Positions 45,442-54,486 of a stretch of DNA of 64,000 nt are shown here, piece after piece; within the stretch, counting starts at the first letter, position 1; every line of letters begins with the position of its first letter. Where the stretch lies: positions 24,969 to 88,968 of IMG/VR virus record IMGVR_UViG_3300028766_000004. One strand, given 5' to 3'. A program made the translations under genes and the position numbers. This stretch comes from a virus. The notes under the pieces are model-generated. The model was not told the DNA's origin. It worked only from the letters and a program-made list of their open reading frames with translations, and ran no database searches.

Positions 45442-45976
45442 TGTCTAAATCTACCCCTGAGTTCATAAGCAGCATTCCTAGCTCCGCCATATCCTTTTCA
45501 GCCTCTTTTTGTTTATCGGGCGTAAGGTGAGCAAATATAGCAGCCAACTCAACACTATGCTTAACTTCTCCTTGAATCTTAATTACCTCACCTTTAAGAA
45601 CACCGAGTTTTTGCCCAACCTCGACAAGACTCTTATCCATTTCAGCGCCTATTTGATGACATTTAATGGCGTTTCCAATTTCTTCACGACCTTCAGCCAA
45701 AAGCCGAAGACCCTCTAATTCTCTTCCACGTTTAGCTGTCTTTACCTTAAACTTTTCATATTGAAGGGTGTTGTCTCTATCACCTGTAGCCAAATCGACA
45801 ACGACTTGCATTAGCAAATCCCAATTTGTTTTTGTGATTGATAACAGGTCTCGAACTTCATCATCGGTAAGACCGTTAGCCCACAGGTCTCTGATTTTAA
45901 GCACAGTTTTGTATTCCACTGGCAACATCTCACCCGGAGAATAAACTTTAACCAGCTCGCCTTCTAACGCTTCCAT
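45425..45976 (-). CDS. Probable terminase small subunit
   Basis: N-terminal HTH-like region, helical, upstream of terL. Confidence 0.55.
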   Translation of the reverse strand: MEALEGELVKVYSPGEMLPVEYKTVLKIRDLWANGLTDDEVRDLLSITKTNWDLLMQVVVDLATGDRDNTLQYEKFKVKTAKRGRELEGLRLLAEGREEIGNAIKCHQIGAEMDKSLVEVGQKLGVLKGEVIKIQGEVKHSVELAAIFAHLTPDKQKEAEKDMAELGMLLMNSGVDLDNANGS

Positions 45977-45978
45977 GA

Positions 45979-46212
45979 TTATCCCTTATAGCGACTCAGC
46001 ATTTCTTTATTAAATACCAAAGATGTAGGCTCAGGTGGTTTAAACTTCGCGTGTGTAGTATGCACTATTTCTGTCATAAAATACGAAACCAATATCTGAG
46101 ACAACACCAAAACCCAAACCATCGGGTGTTTTAATGCTACGAAACCCAACACAAAGATGCTTATAATGCATCCAATCATAACAAGCCAAAATACACTTCT
46201 GAGCACATTCAT
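45979..46212 (-). CDS. Small two-TM membrane protein
   Basis: Two hydrophobic helices and a basic C-terminus. Confidence 0.55.
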   Translation of the reverse strand: MNVLRSVFWLVMIGCIISIFVLGFVALKHPMVWVLVLSQILVSYFMTEIVHTTHAKFKPPEPTSLVFNKEMLSRYKG

Positions 46213-46251
46213 ATTGAAAATTATATCTCTTTATGAGCTAAAAACATATCT

Positions 46252-47502
46252 TCAATAAATAGACACATCCCTAAATGGTATTCCATCGCCATCCAATTCT
46301 TGTATCCTGCTAACCCGCATGTCGGAAAAAGTCCTATATGGGCTGTATTGGACGTAATCTGTTTCTCCAGCAGTTATCGGATTAAAGATGTTTGGATAAC
46401 GTAGTGTGCTTTCCAAATCTATATATACCGTAAGCACAGAATTGAATGTCATCCTCAGACTAATCAAGTATTGTTTGTTCGCCGTTTCGGGAGGGGTATT
46501 CGTTGTTTGCTGTATATCCATCGTAGCTATGGTACTTGGATAGGGTATTGCATATCCTCCAGAACCCATTAAAGACAACATCGATACGCCAATTTGTACA
46601 GGACCGGCGATTTGAGTGAATCCGTGAGGAAGGTTCCCATTTATCCCATCTATTCCCCAACATTTACGAAGAACATCTTCATCTGTCCAAGCTTCAGCTA
46701 TGTATGTACAATCAATTGCCTCGTTTACCACAGCGTAGAGGATTGGGGTTTGGGATGTGGGAAGAATAGCATAATAGAACAACCCTGCAAATCCATTAAC
46801 AGCTATAGAGCCGCTACCTACACACATATATGACTGAATATATTGTGATGCGCCAGTACCTGATATATATACAGAGCCGGTCGTTACGTACTCTAAATCG
46901 AATACACACGATGAAGCTCCTGATATAGATACCAAGCCTCCACCGATGTATGATAAATTCCTTGTTTCGAATTCTGCAGCGGCTCCAGCTATTGATGTAT
47001 TTCCGCTTCCAACATAGATGAAATTGCTCGTTTGTAGAACGAGTGAAGTTCCATCAACAGATATAGCTCCGTTCCCAACGTAAGTAAATCCTTCACTTAC
47101 TTGAGCAACTCCAGCTATAAGTATAGAACCGCTTCCGACTTGAGAGAAATGGGTAGTGTATGAGGCTGCAGATATTCCAGATATTCCAACACTTCCGCTA
47201 CCTGAATAAGCTAGATTTACAGAAATTAGAGAAGCGCCAGTAATAGCTACCGTACCGCTTCCAACATAGTCTATTTCAATAAACGATGGTGAAAATCCAG
47301 ATACAGAAATGTTACATACACCAACATAATCAAATTCTAGAGTTGAAGATGCTGTTCCACTTACCAATAATGATCCGCTGCCAACATATGCGTAATTAGC
47401 AGTGCTTAATGCTACGGCAGAGCCATAAATTCCAACACTTCCGCTACCCGTATACGAAAACGAGGTGAGTTGTCGAGTGCCGGTAATTGCTGCAAGAGGC
47501 AT
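46252..47502 (-). CDS. Virion-type protein: Y.GSG.V.ISG repeats plus C-terminal domain paralogous to 50222-50743
   Basis: About 11 repeats of ~20 aa; colinear C-terminal similarity. Confidence 0.6.
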   Translation of the reverse strand: MPLAAITGTRQLTSFSYTGSGSVGIYGSAVALSTANYAYVGSGSLLVSGTASSTLEFDYVGVCNISVSGFSPSFIEIDYVGSGTVAITGASLISVNLAYSGSGSVGISGISAASYTTHFSQVGSGSILIAGVAQVSEGFTYVGNGAISVDGTSLVLQTSNFIYVGSGNTSIAGAAAEFETRNLSYIGGGLVSISGASSCVFDLEYVTTGSVYISGTGASQYIQSYMCVGSGSIAVNGFAGLFYYAILPTSQTPILYAVVNEAIDCTYIAEAWTDEDVLRKCWGIDGINGNLPHGFTQIAGPVQIGVSMLSLMGSGGYAIPYPSTIATMDIQQTTNTPPETANKQYLISLRMTFNSVLTVYIDLESTLRYPNIFNPITAGETDYVQYSPYRTFSDMRVSRIQELDGDGIPFRDVSIY

Positions 47503-47614
47503 TAGCTATACTCCTGCTGTCTTCGGCCTCGCAAGCTGCGAACTGTTGTTCGCAGCTGTCGTAAACTCCTTGCGTACCCGATACATGCTAGAGCCAGATA
47601 AATCCAGCACTGAT

Positions 47615-48238
47615 TTATACAGGTACTTCTTCCCAATTAATCGAACCAGTGAATGCCGCTGCCGCTGATGCTGCACCCAAAGCTGCGAAACAAGCATATC
47701 CATAAGGCGGGATGATGATTGAGCCTTCTAAATCGTCTTTGATCTGGTCAATACCCACGGTTTGAATAGCCGCAGTGTTGTGGTTTAGCAGGAGTTTTGC
47801 TGTTGGAGCAACGGTGAATGTGCCAGCATTCAAGGCCAGTCCTTGTGGAGATGCGCCACCAAGGAAGTTAGAGTTTGAGCCGGTCGCCACCGTCTGGCCT
47901 GTAGGAGCAGACGATTGTCCAGTTCCAGTTGCTAATACGACACCAGTCAAAGACGCAGATGTAACCGAAATCATTAGATTGTACTTGGTTAGTACCATGT
48001 TTATTGACGTGCTCTGGTTGTAGAGCATTAGGCCAGTCATAGATGTACCAACCAGTGACAATACGGTGCCTGCTGCGTATGCAGAGAACATAGCACGGCG
48101 GTAGTTAGTTTCGTAATAGCGTCCATGCAGTTCCGAAACGATGGCGTCCTGTAAGTTGCCCTGACGGAGCGGCTGCTGTGTACCCGCCCCGAGAGAAGCA
48201 GTCGTAGCGATCGGTCCAACTTGTCCTTGTGCGATCAT
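47615..48238 (-). CDS. Putative virion structural protein
   Basis: Gly/Ala/Thr-rich; GSIIIPP...WEEVPV end. Confidence 0.55.
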   Translation of the reverse strand: MIAQGQVGPIATTASLGAGTQQPLRQGNLQDAIVSELHGRYYETNYRRAMFSAYAAGTVLSLVGTSMTGLMLYNQSTSINMVLTKYNLMISVTSASLTGVVLATGTGQSSAPTGQTVATGSNSNFLGGASPQGLALNAGTFTVAPTAKLLLNHNTAAIQTVGIDQIKDDLEGSIIIPPYGYACFAALGAASAAAAFTGSINWEEVPV

Positions 48239-48250
48239 GGTTAAACTCCT

Positions 48251-49714
48251 TTATGTGAGAACTGATGGTTCATTGCGGATGGCCGCTGGCTCATCCGCAA
48301 TACTGTTGGTAGTTCCGGTAGACAACAAACCGGGAAGATTATACATGTAGTAGTTGCTGATCTTGAGTTCGACGAGAATCTGGGCTAGCAGTTCAATAAA
48401 CGACTGGCCTTCAAACTGAGACAATTCTGTGACGGCGAGAGTGGTAATATTTTCGTATGCGGGAGATATGCCCCCAAGAGAACGGTTAACTCCAGTTTGA
48501 TCGACGCCGCCAACATTGGAATTTATTCGACCAGAAGAGTCTACGGTAACGGCGCGTGCTTTGTTAGCAGAGTCGACTGCCCCAATCAGGTTAGGAGCGA
48601 TCACTGGAGTGTTTCCGATGGTGGTTACCCCACCAACACCCATAGTACCAACAACTCCTGTTGATGCAGTTGCGCTGCCACCAATTTGGGCTATGTTGGA
48701 TGATTGATTGTTTGGCAACGCCTGGAAACTGGCATAACCTACAGGATATGCTTGATTACGAAGATAAACAGTAGCTGTTCCTGATGTACTTACAGCAAAC
48801 TTTATATACCGAGCAAGGCAAGGGAATGCCATAGTGGTATTAGCTACGATGTTGGTATTGCTTACCTGCTGTGTACCAACAATGACTCCATAAATCGAAC
48901 CCCACGAAACTTGGTCATTAGACCCAAAAACAGACGCTGTCATAGTCTGTGTTGTAATACTCAACGTCTGATATCCCTGAGTGTCGATTATGATGCTCGA
49001 TCCAACCGCCCCTTTGATTTGCATCGAGATTGGTGCATCACTATTGATCAGCGCACCATTGACATCTTTCGCCAATCCGCTCGCTATGTTTATTTGCTGT
49101 CTAACTCCGCTAAACTCGTCAAACGACTGGGCCACCAGAGCTGATTCTTCCTGCGGAGTTACTTTCCCAACAACTATAGCTATAACCGTACCATTCAAAC
49201 CATTCATGAAGTAGCGCATGTAAATGGTCGACACTGAAACTGTGTAAATGCCAGGTATGCTAATTGAATCCGTCGCACTTCCGTCAGTTGTGTTATAAGT
49301 CAGTAGATTGAACCAGTTGGTGTTGTCGTTGCTTCCCTGTACGACGATTTCCGCTGACCACACCCCGGTGAACTGGAAACTAAGCCGCTGGTAGCCAGTT
49401 GTAGTGTAGATGTTTCCTGCACCAGGCGTATTGTCCGACACATTATCCAACACCGTGTTGTCAATAACAGGTGTGGAAACATTCAACGGAATAGTCAGAT
49501 TCGGCTGATTAGGATTAATTTGGACTACTTGTGAACCATCCGTAGCCACCGCCTGAGTAGATGCATCCTTTACAGAAACTATAGCAGTGGGAGATGTTGA
49601 ATCAGCAATGCATATAAGTTCTCGCGCAACAGGAACGGAACCAACCGTGACCTGTACAGCGTCTAGGTTTATTCCCGTTCCGGGTGTAATCGGAATGTTT
49701 GTCGGTGTAGGCAC
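48251..49714 (-). CDS. Putative virion fibre/decoration protein with jelly-roll-like repeats
   Basis: GYQ.LS...GSND..W twice. Confidence 0.55.
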   Translation of the reverse strand: MPTPTNIPITPGTGINLDAVQVTVGSVPVARELICIADSTSPTAIVSVKDASTQAVATDGSQVVQINPNQPNLTIPLNVSTPVIDNTVLDNVSDNTPGAGNIYTTTGYQRLSFQFTGVWSAEIVVQGSNDNTNWFNLLTYNTTDGSATDSISIPGIYTVSVSTIYMRYFMNGLNGTVIAIVVGKVTPQEESALVAQSFDEFSGVRQQINIASGLAKDVNGALINSDAPISMQIKGAVGSSIIIDTQGYQTLSITTQTMTASVFGSNDQVSWGSIYGVIVGTQQVSNTNIVANTTMAFPCLARYIKFAVSTSGTATVYLRNQAYPVGYASFQALPNNQSSNIAQIGGSATASTGVVGTMGVGGVTTIGNTPVIAPNLIGAVDSANKARAVTVDSSGRINSNVGGVDQTGVNRSLGGISPAYENITTLAVTELSQFEGQSFIELLAQILVELKISNYYMYNLPGLLSTGTTNSIADEPAAIRNEPSVLT

Positions 49715-49730
49715 TGACTACTCCTAAAAC

Positions 49731-50144
49731 TTAGCTGAAGTTCGTAATTGTTGGTGTGATCTTAATCGTTCCACCGCCGGAAGGAATCACCCAAGGAGCA
49801 CCAGAAAACAACTCAGCTAAATAGCACTTCCCGCTTGTCACTCCAACAAGATAATAGCCATACGCAGTTAAAGCACCAGTCAAAGTAAATGTTTGCTGTG
49901 GTTGAGCTGCTGTAGTTGGGGTAGTTCCAGCGCCTGTTCCTTCGGTAACCGTCCAGTTCGCTGCCGTAAGACCAATAGATGCATATCCATTACCAGAGCA
50001 TTCAGTAAAAGAAGCTGTAGTATAACTCTTGTCAGGAGTAACGTTATTGGCGAATAATTTGAGTGTCAACAATTCGGGTGTAACTTTATTCAAAACTGCC
50101 AGAATCATCTGGTTATCGCCGTCGTTTGTAACAACAAAAGCCAT
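49731..50144 (-). CDS. Putative virion structural protein
   Basis: LKLFANN.TP...FTE..G.GY, AYGYYLV...AELF; start MAFVV. Confidence 0.6.
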   Translation of the reverse strand: MAFVVTNDGDNQMILAVLNKVTPELLTLKLFANNVTPDKSYTTASFTECSGNGYASIGLTAANWTVTEGTGAGTTPTTAAQPQQTFTLTGALTAYGYYLVGVTSGKCYLAELFSGAPWVIPSGGGTIKITPTITNFS

Positions 50145-50221
50145 AAGAAATCTCCTTGAGACATACACTATCTCCGCAATTATTTCATATTACGATTCAC
50201 TTTAAAAGACATAAAACAAAC

Positions 50222-50743
50222 TCAATATTGTACTGTCAAGCTGCGAACTTCTAAACCTCCAACAACCTGATTCAACACCATTAATCTCGGTTGTGGTGTA
50301 GATCGAAGAGTTTTTAGTGTTACGTAGGATGGAAATGATGTATTTAATGGATTCAATGTAGGGATAAGATCGGTCAAGCTGTCTATAGTTACAGCAACAT
50401 CGAATTCAGAATAGGTTGTTGTACGGACGTATGCCAAATACTGATTATCAGCTGTTGGAGTAGGAAACGCTATGTTTATAGCATTTGGGTCTGTTTGGGT
50501 GGGTATGTTTGGATAGCACATTTCTATAGGAGTTGCACACAAAGCGTAGTAAACAAACACCTCTATCTGATCGAACCCATACACCATCGTAACGTTTGGT
50601 GGGTTTGATGAGAAGGCGTTTATACGCCATGCATCTATGATGCCATGCCAGTCGTCATCGTCAGACACGATGTATCGACTTTCCAGAACTTCATTCACAT
50701 ACACGATGATACTGGAACCGTCAGTTGTTGGTGTTATTGCCAT
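50222..50743 (-). CDS. Hypothetical protein, paralog of 46252 C-terminal domain
   Basis: VNE..Y, W.I, QI.V, YP, TA..QYL..R.T, NP, YV..R conserved. Confidence 0.6.
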   Translation of the reverse strand: MAITPTTDGSSIIVYVNEVLESRYIVSDDDDWHGIIDAWRINAFSSNPPNVTMVYGFDQIEVFVYYALCATPIEMCYPNIPTQTDPNAINIAFPTPTADNQYLAYVRTTTYSEFDVAVTIDSLTDLIPTLNPLNTSFPSYVTLKTLRSTPQPRLMVLNQVVGGLEVRSLTVQY

Positions 50744-50784
50744 AGGACCATTATGGCATTAAATATGACGAAGAGCTATATCTA

Positions 50785-50874
50785 TGGCAGAGGGAGAGGG
50801 ATTCGAACCCCCGGTACCCTTTCAGGCACAACGGTTTTCAGGACCGCCGGTATCAACCGCTCACCCATCCCTCT
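50785..50874 (-). tRNA. tRNA-Ser(UGA), C33 variant
   Basis: AGAGGGA/TCCCTCT stem, long variable arm, GGTTCGAATCC, G73, encoded CCA; loop CC-TGA-AA. Confidence 0.9.
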
Positions 50875-51385
50875 ACTTCAATCCATCAATCTTAGTCTGA
50901 CATGCAACCCAATCTTGACTCACACAACTTTGTGCTTCTGGGAGTGTTATCTTCCCACTGCAAACAAGGTCTGGCAAAACATCTTCGATTTTATGATCTT
51001 TAATCTTGGCTTGATCCATCGGCTGAGGCCATATATTAGTCAAACAATTTTTACATCCACCAAGTTCGATTGAAATAAGGTGATCCCCTTCTACACTAGC
51101 ATCACACTTGTCTATTCCATACTCAGCGCACGCCTTCTTCTTCAAACCTGCAAAATTCTTGATGGTGGCTCTTATAGCTTTAGCCCTGAAATCCTTAGCA
51201 CATATGTTCTTTTCAATCCCGTCAATTATGTGCTGAGTACCAGATGTATCTGCAACAATTTCTTGGTCTACAGCCCCCGGAGTAGTCGTCAGGTCTGGAA
51301 GAGCCATAGTTCCGTTATATCTGTATTTAGCAACTGGAGACGTTAAAACAGCTAAAAAAACAGCAATAAATATAAACACTTTCAT
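50873..51385 (-). CDS. Signal-peptide-bearing HNH-like nuclease
   Basis: Hydrophobic N-terminus; TPGA, EGDHLISIELGG...NIWPQP, KD..E. Confidence 0.6.
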   Translation of the reverse strand: MKVFIFIAVFLAVLTSPVAKYRYNGTMALPDLTTTPGAVDQEIVADTSGTQHIIDGIEKNICAKDFRAKAIRATIKNFAGLKKKACAEYGIDKCDASVEGDHLISIELGGCKNCLTNIWPQPMDQAKIKDHKIEDVLPDLVCSGKITLPEAQSCVSQDWVACQTKIDGLK

Positions 51386-51394
51386 GATATTCCA

Positions 51395-51580
51395 TTAATA
51401 TTCGTCGAGTTGGTTGGATATGACTTCAATAGCCTTATTGTATTCTACTTGTTTGATGGCTTTGCTAGCTACGTATTCATTGGCATGTGTTGTACAAAAA
51501 GCCGTACCATCAATCACAGTATCGGCCTCGAAGCGGATTGGAGAGTCGTTGGTTAAACATACAGCACAAAGAAGTATCAC
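51395..51580 (-). CDS. Small Zn-binding hypothetical protein
   Basis: CAVC...GTAFCTTH. Confidence 0.5.
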   Translation of the reverse strand: MILLCAVCLTNDSPIRFEADTVIDGTAFCTTHANEYVASKAIKQVEYNKAIEVISNQLDEY

Positions 51581-51735
51581 TTAGACATGTCCTCATAGAA
51601 TGTGCCACGAAGGTCTTCATGTTCTGAATGAACAGATTCCTTTAGGGATTCTTTGTTCGGGTGGATAGATGTTGAAAGGGAATCTGCTTTCTTCTTAGCT
51701 TTTGCTAATAGTTCATTGAGATATGTGTTATCCAT
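51577..51735 (-). CDS. Small hypothetical protein (52 aa, not in ORF track)
   Basis: MDNTYLNELL...MSK; GTGA overlap with next gene. Confidence 0.45.
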   Translation of the reverse strand: MDNTYLNELLAKAKKKADSLSTSIHPNKESLKESVHSEHEDLRGTFYEDMSK

Positions 51736-51740
51736 CGTTT

Positions 51741-51938
51741 TCATAAACTCTCCGTATACCTAACCCTAACTTCCTTCCCCCCACAGTAGGGGCAAAGAGT
51801 TGGTTGCTCTGCCCCTACTACGCATTCTGTGCTCATGGATAGCATGTACCAAATAAATGGTCGACCGCATGTAGCACATATCATCTCCCGCATCATATCA
51901 GGAGAACAAGACGGAAGGTTGAAGTTGAAGTCATACAT
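51741..51938 (-). CDS. Zn-ribbon protein
   Basis: CATCG...CPYCGG. Confidence 0.55.
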   Translation of the reverse strand: MYDFNFNLPSCSPDMMREMICATCGRPFIWYMLSMSTECVVGAEQPTLCPYCGGKEVRVRYTESL

Positions 51939-51957
51939 TCAATGATTATAGAGCTGT

Positions 51958-52455
51958 TTAAAGTTTTTTGATGAATTTTAATATAGATTCTGCGTGATCG
52001 AACGCGAATCCATTAAGAATGAAACCCCAATCAAACCCTTCTTGAGATTTCTTGTTCCTAAAATTCATGATGGTAAACAGCTCTAACGATGCTGCATCAT
52101 CACCGGCTACAGCACTCAGAAGGTTGTTTATGGTTATTTCAACCGCATAAACATGATCAATAATCACGCCTCGTGGGTCTCTCTCTGGTTCACTTTGAAC
52201 AGTAACTAGATCGTTCTTAGATATTGCAGTCTTAATCAAAGTTTCTTCATAAAGCTCACGCCGAGCAGTATCTTCAAGGCTTTCTTTCCCAGTAGATTGA
52301 AATCCGCCGGGAAGAGCTAGCTTGCCGATAAACGGGTTTTCTTTGCGACGAACGCAAAGGATGTTTAGTTCTTTTCTATCATCAGTGAGCAAATACGGAA
52401 TGACAGTTGCAGTCGCCGAACTCATCGGGTAATCGTAAGTGTGTTGGGTAGTCAT
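51958..52455 (-). CDS. Nudix hydrolase (ADP-ribose pyrophosphatase/NrtR-like)
   Basis: LALPGGF..ESLEDTARRELYEET, RDPRG, AGDDA, AFDH. Confidence 0.88.
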   Translation of the reverse strand: MTTQHTYDYPMSSATATVIPYLLTDDRKELNILCVRRKENPFIGKLALPGGFQSTGKESLEDTARRELYEETLIKTAISKNDLVTVQSEPERDPRGVIIDHVYAVEITINNLLSAVAGDDAASLELFTIMNFRNKKSQEGFDWGFILNGFAFDHAESILKFIKKL

Positions 52456-52494
52456 GGTTGGGTATGCGTAAGAGAATTGGTGTTCTCTCGAACT

Positions 52495-52755
52495 TTAATC
52501 GTCTTCCAATTCGATTGGTTCACGACGAAAACGTTTTACTTCTTGGTGGTTAAAATACCTATCCAACATTGCATATGGGCAACGATTTCCGCAGGCGAAA
52601 TACTGTTTTCCACCTTTAAACCACCCACCGTTCTCCATAGCTCTTTCCATGTTATACGAAGGGTAATGGTTCCAACTGGTTAAGATGATGAAACGACGGT
52701 AGTTGCGCCACACTTCGCGGACGTTACGCCGCTCAGCACGATTAGAAGGATGCAT
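52495..52755 (-). CDS. Small Arg-rich hypothetical protein
   Basis: SD AGGAG before MHPSNRAERR. Confidence 0.55.
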   Translation of the reverse strand: MHPSNRAERRNVREVWRNYRRFIILTSWNHYPSYNMERAMENGGWFKGGKQYFACGNRCPYAMLDRYFNHQEVKRFRREPIELEDD

Positions 52756-52781
52756 GGTTTTATCTCCTGCCGCCCACACAT

Positions 52782-52814
52782 TTACGCGGTGTGAGTAATG
52801 ATAGGCATAGCCAT
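52782..52814 (-). CDS. Putative 10-aa leader peptide MAMPIITHTA
   Basis: AAGGAGG SD 4 nt before ATG. Confidence 0.4.
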   Translation of the reverse strand: MAMPIITHTA

Positions 52815-52841
52815 GAATCCTCCTTAAACTAGATTAGTAGT

Positions 52842-53381
52842 TTACCACAAAAATTCCTTATCGAACTTAGAAACCGGCATACGAGCCTTCTTGCGTAACG
52901 ATGAACCACGAACCTCAACCTTAATCACAGACGGAGCACGGCCCACACCGGGTCTTATGAACCTCTTCAGTGATGTAATATATGGTTCTTTCATATCAAC
53001 TTCACCTAATGCCTCCTGAAGCTTACTGAGGGTGTCTTCAAACGACCATCCCTTGGTATGTGCAAGATAGGCGAAACAAACCATGACGGAGCGATGTTGC
53101 CCGTTCCGACAGACCACCATGACTGTTTTCTGCTGAGTACGAGCTTCGTGAATGAATTTTATAGCTTTTTTAAGCCTCGTTATCTCAAATGATGCCCCGC
53201 TAACAAAACCAAGCTTGTATAGCTTGATTCCTTTAGCTCTGTGCCATTGTCTGGACGGAATATCAGGTGTTACGTCTAGCACATAATCAACCATCTCTTC
53301 GCCCGGATTAGACCACACATTGAGGACAGTGTATGCGTCTTTAATAGAGCCAACGAACAAATTTTCATAAACTTTCTGCAT
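52842..53381 (-). CDS. Dual-specificity protein phosphatase
   Basis: NLFVGS, VMVVCRNGQHRS (CX5R), AYL. Confidence 0.8.
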   Translation of the reverse strand: MQKVYENLFVGSIKDAYTVLNVWSNPGEEMVDYVLDVTPDIPSRQWHRAKGIKLYKLGFVSGASFEITRLKKAIKFIHEARTQQKTVMVVCRNGQHRSVMVCFAYLAHTKGWSFEDTLSKLQEALGEVDMKEPYITSLKRFIRPGVGRAPSVIKVEVRGSSLRKKARMPVSKFDKEFLW

Positions 53382-53394
53382 ACACCCTCCTGTA

Positions 53395-53895
53395 TTAAAG
53401 TATAGCCACTTTCTTTCCAATACGTGTTCTTTTGCGTCCATTTACAATAACATACTCGCCATCTTCGTTCTTGTTCAGCTTATCGCTTTCAAGCTGTTTG
53501 AACTTTATTTCGCCTGTCTCATCTACTTGCACTTCGAAGTAGGTACGCTCCTTGTCCATCGGAGTTAGAATTTCTTTCAAATAAATTTCTAACTCTGCAT
53601 ATGCAGCGTCAACACTACAGTTAATCGTAACGTTACTACTTGATGCCAACCAAGATTCAAAAGCTTCCTCAATGCTGTTATTGCTAACCATTTCAACTCT
53701 AGCTTCTACACTTTGTTTTGGTTGCGCTTGTGGAGAAGGCATCTCTCCGTTATACCACTTGCAACCGACATCCCTAACGCAATAAGCAAAACACAGGTTA
53801 CACACAGAGCACACTTCACCATTAAAGGCGTGATACCCCCCACAAGGTTCGCACCCTGAAAAATCAGGAAATGGTTTATTTACATTTATATCCAT
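53395..53895 (-). CDS. Hypothetical protein, Cys-rich N-terminus
   Basis: 166-aa ORF. Confidence 0.5.
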   Translation of the reverse strand: MDINVNKPFPDFSGCEPCGGYHAFNGEVCSVCNLCFAYCVRDVGCKWYNGEMPSPQAQPKQSVEARVEMVSNNSIEEAFESWLASSSNVTINCSVDAAYAELEIYLKEILTPMDKERTYFEVQVDETGEIKFKQLESDKLNKNEDGEYVIVNGRKRTRIGKKVAIL

Positions 53896-54397
53896 GGCTC
53901 ACTCTCCTGTATTCCTTGCTCTCCAGCCATTCTTCCGGCGAGAGGTTGGCTTTCAGCATATTACAACGTCTGCAAGAAGTTCTTCCGTTTTCAACCGACG
54001 TCGCTCCACCAAAGCAACGAGGCAGATAATGGTCGAATGTCATCGGCCCAGAGTTTCTACCACAATACACACACGTGAAATTATCCCTCCGAAACACTTC
54101 CCAAACCAACTTAGGGTGGAGGGTAGATTCTGATTTCTTGATAATGCCCTTAACGTGTAGCTTTTTTGGTCCTTCATACAATCTTGTTTCGACGACGTCT
54201 GATTGGCGAATGAATTTTATCCTACCAATATCATCAGTTTTGATGATTTTAATGTCGTCTTCTTTAAGTTCAAAATCAGAATCGACTGGCATCAAATAAG
54301 CGATTCCAGTTCGACTATCAACCCACAAACTCGCTTTAAGATGTATGTTGTTTCCGATGTCTAATAGGTCTAGCTCTTCTAACGAAACCCATTCCAT
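53876..54397 (-). CDS. HNH endonuclease
   Basis: VFRRDNFTCVYCG...TFDHYLP...GG....N....C..CN..K. Confidence 0.85.
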   Translation of the reverse strand: MEWVSLEELDLLDIGNNIHLKASLWVDSRTGIAYLMPVDSDFELKEDDIKIIKTDDIGRIKFIRQSDVVETRLYEGPKKLHVKGIIKKSESTLHPKLVWEVFRRDNFTCVYCGRNSGPMTFDHYLPRCFGGATSVENGRTSCRRCNMLKANLSPEEWLESKEYRRVSHGYKCK

Positions 54398-54419
54398 ATA
54401 CACTACTTTCTCATAGATA

Positions 54420-54477
54420 TGACGGCAGGAAGGTAATCGAACCACTACGAGCAGCTCCAAAAATATGCCGTCCTGCC
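54420..54477 (-). pseudogene. tRNA-like remnant lacking D-arm
   Basis: GGCAGGA/TCCTGCC acceptor-like stem, GGTTCGATT T-loop, 3' G-TCA. Confidence 0.5.
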
Positions 54478-54486
54478 AAATTACTT

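Noticed and set aside
45979-46212. Holin call
   Set aside because: Two TM helices fit, but no adjacent endolysin or spanin
50835-50843. Reading the tRNA as Phe(GAA)
   Set aside because: Stem geometry centres TGA in a 7-nt loop; long variable arm and G73 indicate Ser
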